A DNA stretch of 43,155 nt from a virus. Shown here in pieces: positions 41,140 through 43,155 of the stretch. Where the stretch lies: the IMG/VR virus record IMGVR_UViG_3300045988_176298, positions 1 through 43,155 of that record. The stretch is one strand, 5' to 3'. The position numbers and the translations under genes are program-made. The notes below the pieces were generated by a model. That model was not told the origin of the DNA. It did not search any database and worked only from the letters and a program-made list of their open reading frames with translations. Position 1 is the first letter of the stretch. Every line of letters begins with the position of its first letter.

Positions 41140-42996
41140 GTGAAAGAAATTAACTCCATGACTGCGGAGGATGTATATTCAGATGCAGTGCTGGATGAAG
41201 TTTTCTCGGATGAAGACGAAATCCATAAGTCGAGGGTGCTACTGACATTAGAAGACCGGGCCGCAGAGCTTGGAGTGAAAACAAAGTTCGGGAAAATGGT
41301 AACAGCATACAAGAAAATGGAACGGCAACTCCAGCAGGCAGCGAGGAGCAAGCCGGTTTCCTCCCTGGATAACTGGACGAATTTCTCCGGCCCCTACGAC
41401 AACATGTTCTGCGGCTCCTGGATAGCCCGGGAGGACGGTATCTATGTACAGAATACCGGAACCATGGATGTGGTTGCCTGTTACCATCCAATCCTGCCTA
41501 TTGAGCGTCTGAAGAACCTGGAGACGGGAGAAGAGCAGCTGAAGATTGCATTTAAGCGGAATGGCCGCTGGGAGGAAATTATCGTACCCAAAACCCTGGT
41601 AACCTCCGCCAATAAAATAGTGGCGCTGTCCGGCCGCGGGATTGCTGTAACAAGCGAAAATGCCCGGCTCCTGGTCCGGTATTTATCGGACGTGGAGAAT
41701 GCAAACAGCGAGTCAATAGCCGTTCAGTATTCCAGTTCAAAGCTGGGGTGGATAAAGGGGGACTTTATTCCTTACGATACAGACATCATTTTCGATGGGG
41801 ACAGCCGTTTTAAACAGATTTTTGAAAGTATCCAGGAACACGGGAGCCGCGACCGTTGGTATGACCATGTGCGTGAGCTGCGCGCCTCAGGGCGCATTGA
41901 AATCAAGTTCATGCTGGCGGCTTCCTTCGCAAGCGTCCTTCTTTCAATCCTGGGAGGCCTTCCTTTTTTTGTAGATTTGTGGGGAGAAACGGAGGGCGGA
42001 AAGACAGTGAGCCTGATGCTGGCCTGTTCTGTGTGGGCTAACCCGGATGAGAGCAGCTACATAGGGGATTTCAAGTCAACGGATGTGGCCCTGGAAGCCC
42101 GTGCAGATGTGCTGAATAACCTGCCGATGATGCTGGATGATACCAGCAAAACATCAGCCAGAATCAGAGATAACTTTGAAGGCGTAGTGTATGACTTGTG
42201 CTCCGGAAAAGGAAAAAGCCGGTCGGATAAGGAAATCGGCATCCGCCGGGAGAACCGCTGGCGGAATGTCATCCTGACAAATGGGGAGCGGCCGCTGATG
42301 TCCTATGTAAGCCAGGGAGGCGCCATAAATAGAATCCTTGAACTGGAATGCGGGGAAAGGGTTTATCAGAATCCTCAGCTGACAGCAGACATCCTGAAAA
42401 AGCATTATGGATTTGCCGGGAAAGATTTTGTTGAGGTGGTGAAAAAGCTGGGACATGATGCAATCCGGGAAATACAGGCGGACATCCAGAAACAGCTGCA
42501 GGATGATGAAAAGATGCAGAAGCAGAGCATATCTTTGTCTATAGTCCTTACAGCGGACCGGATTGTGACGGATTACCTCTTTCAGGATGGACAGTATATA
42601 CCGCTGGAAGATGCGAAAAAGGTTCTGATAAACCGGGAGGAATTGAGCGAGAACGAACGTGCTTATGATTTTATTTTGAGTGAAGTTGAGGTAAATATCA
42701 ATAAATTCAAGCCGGACTCCTTCACCGGGGATTATAAGGGAGAGGTGTGGGGATGTATTGAGAAGGGGTATGCTATCATACTGAACAATGCCTTTGCCCG
42801 CATTTGTGAGAAGGGGAATTTCTCCGGGAAATCTTTCCTGAGCTGGGCAGCAAGGAACGGGTTGGTTGCTCAACAGGGAGGGAAGAACTATAAGAATAAG
42901 AAGTTTTATGGTAAGGCGATCCGGTGCGTATGGCTGAAAATGCCGGAGGATGATTTTGAGGAGGTTTCCGAGGATGAAGAACTGCCGTTTAAGTAA
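41140..42996 (+). CDS. SF3-type replicative helicase / primase-helicase (DUF927- or D5-like)
   Basis: Walker A LWGETEGGKTVSL, Walker B MMLDD. 618 aa, last gene before the iteron region. Confidence 0.8.
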   Translation: MKEINSMTAEDVYSDAVLDEVFSDEDEIHKSRVLLTLEDRAAELGVKTKFGKMVTAYKKMERQLQQAARSKPVSSLDNWTNFSGPYDNMFCGSWIAREDGIYVQNTGTMDVVACYHPILPIERLKNLETGEEQLKIAFKRNGRWEEIIVPKTLVTSANKIVALSGRGIAVTSENARLLVRYLSDVENANSESIAVQYSSSKLGWIKGDFIPYDTDIIFDGDSRFKQIFESIQEHGSRDRWYDHVRELRASGRIEIKFMLAASFASVLLSILGGLPFFVDLWGETEGGKTVSLMLACSVWANPDESSYIGDFKSTDVALEARADVLNNLPMMLDDTSKTSARIRDNFEGVVYDLCSGKGKSRSDKEIGIRRENRWRNVILTNGERPLMSYVSQGGAINRILELECGERVYQNPQLTADILKKHYGFAGKDFVEVVKKLGHDAIREIQADIQKQLQDDEKMQKQSISLSIVLTADRIVTDYLFQDGQYIPLEDAKKVLINREELSENERAYDFILSEVEVNINKFKPDSFTGDYKGEVWGCIEKGYAIILNNAFARICEKGNFSGKSFLSWAARNGLVAQQGGKNYKNKKFYGKAIRCVWLKMPEDDFEEVSEDEELPFK

Positions 42997-42999
42997 GAG

Positions 43000-43100
43000 G
43001 TTACACCAAGTTACACGGTCGGTTACACCTTTTCAAAAACCGGAAAGCCGTATAAACACTGGGTTTCTGGGGACAAGTTACACCGTTACACCAGTTACAC
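43000..43100. repeat. Iteron array: six copies of GTTACAC (reverse complement of GTGTAAC)
   Basis: GTTACAC at 43000, 43010, 43022, 43077, 43085 and 43094, with ATAAACACTGGGTTTCT at 43052..43068 between the two triplets. Confidence 0.9.
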
Positions 43101-43106
43101 CCAAAA

Positions 43107-43155
43107 ACTCACAATATATATACAGAAATATAAAAATATAAAATTTATTAAAAAA
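43107..43155. repeat. 49-bp exact direct terminal repeat, copy 2
   Basis: Identical to bases 1..49. Confidence 0.95.

Noticed and set aside
42154-42873. 239-aa minus-strand ORF
   Set aside because: It is antisense to the helicase gene, which has Walker A and B motifs on the + strand. No independent signals support it.
1-43155. tRNA, rRNA or tmRNA genes
   Set aside because: I noticed no cloverleaf-like or conserved RNA-gene sequence while reading. The intergenic regions are short and are explained by promoters, terminators or repeats. I could not run tRNAscan.

Overview
The window looks like one complete temperate phage genome of about 43.1 kb. Its first 49 bases are repeated exactly as its last 49 bases, which indicates a circular genome, terminal redundancy or an assembly overlap. 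Gene families and Shine-Dalgarno usage (AGGAGG-type ribosome-binding sites) point to a Firmicutes/Clostridia host; that is inference. All family names come from reading the translations by eye, with no database search.

Gene order on the + strand:
- Small early genes (two ribbon-helix-helix (RHH) or zinc-ribbon proteins and a DUF4317-like protein).
- An orphan tyrosine recombinase, then a sigma/RinA-like regulator.
- A self-contained AT-rich ParA-like cassette.
- terS, terL, portal, and a MuF/gp7 head protein with an HExxH C-terminal extension.
- Scaffold, major capsid and head-tail connectors.
- A PBSX (Bacillus defective prophage, Xkd proteins)-type contractile tail: sheath, tube, chaperone with a -1 frameshift, tape measure, LysM protein, XkdQ/R/S/T-like baseplate and several fibre genes.
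- XhlA-like protein, holin and GH25 endolysin.

The lysogeny module is on the - strand: small membrane protein, attP-like AT-rich region, integrase, type I toxin-antitoxin, membrane protein, ImmA-like peptidase and cI-like repressor. It faces a + strand early operon with Cro-like, Rha, Gp157, Sak4-like ATPase, DUF669, ERCC4 nuclease, CHC2 zinc-finger protein and an SF3-type helicase. That operon ends at an iteron-rich putative origin spanning the window ends.

Most interesting observations:
- The last tail-fibre gene carries a G-segment-like invertible C-terminal cassette bounded by a perfect 15-bp inverted repeat.
- Two more copies of the 13-bp repeat core lie next to the integrase gene.
- No serine invertase is encoded, but there are two tyrosine recombinases.

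Other notable items are a P22 immI-like RHH + BRO cassette inside the tail operon, the MuF-HExxH fusion with a small downstream ORF, a BsrG/Hol-Tox-like type I TA, the ParA-like cassette, and the inverted iteron arrays.
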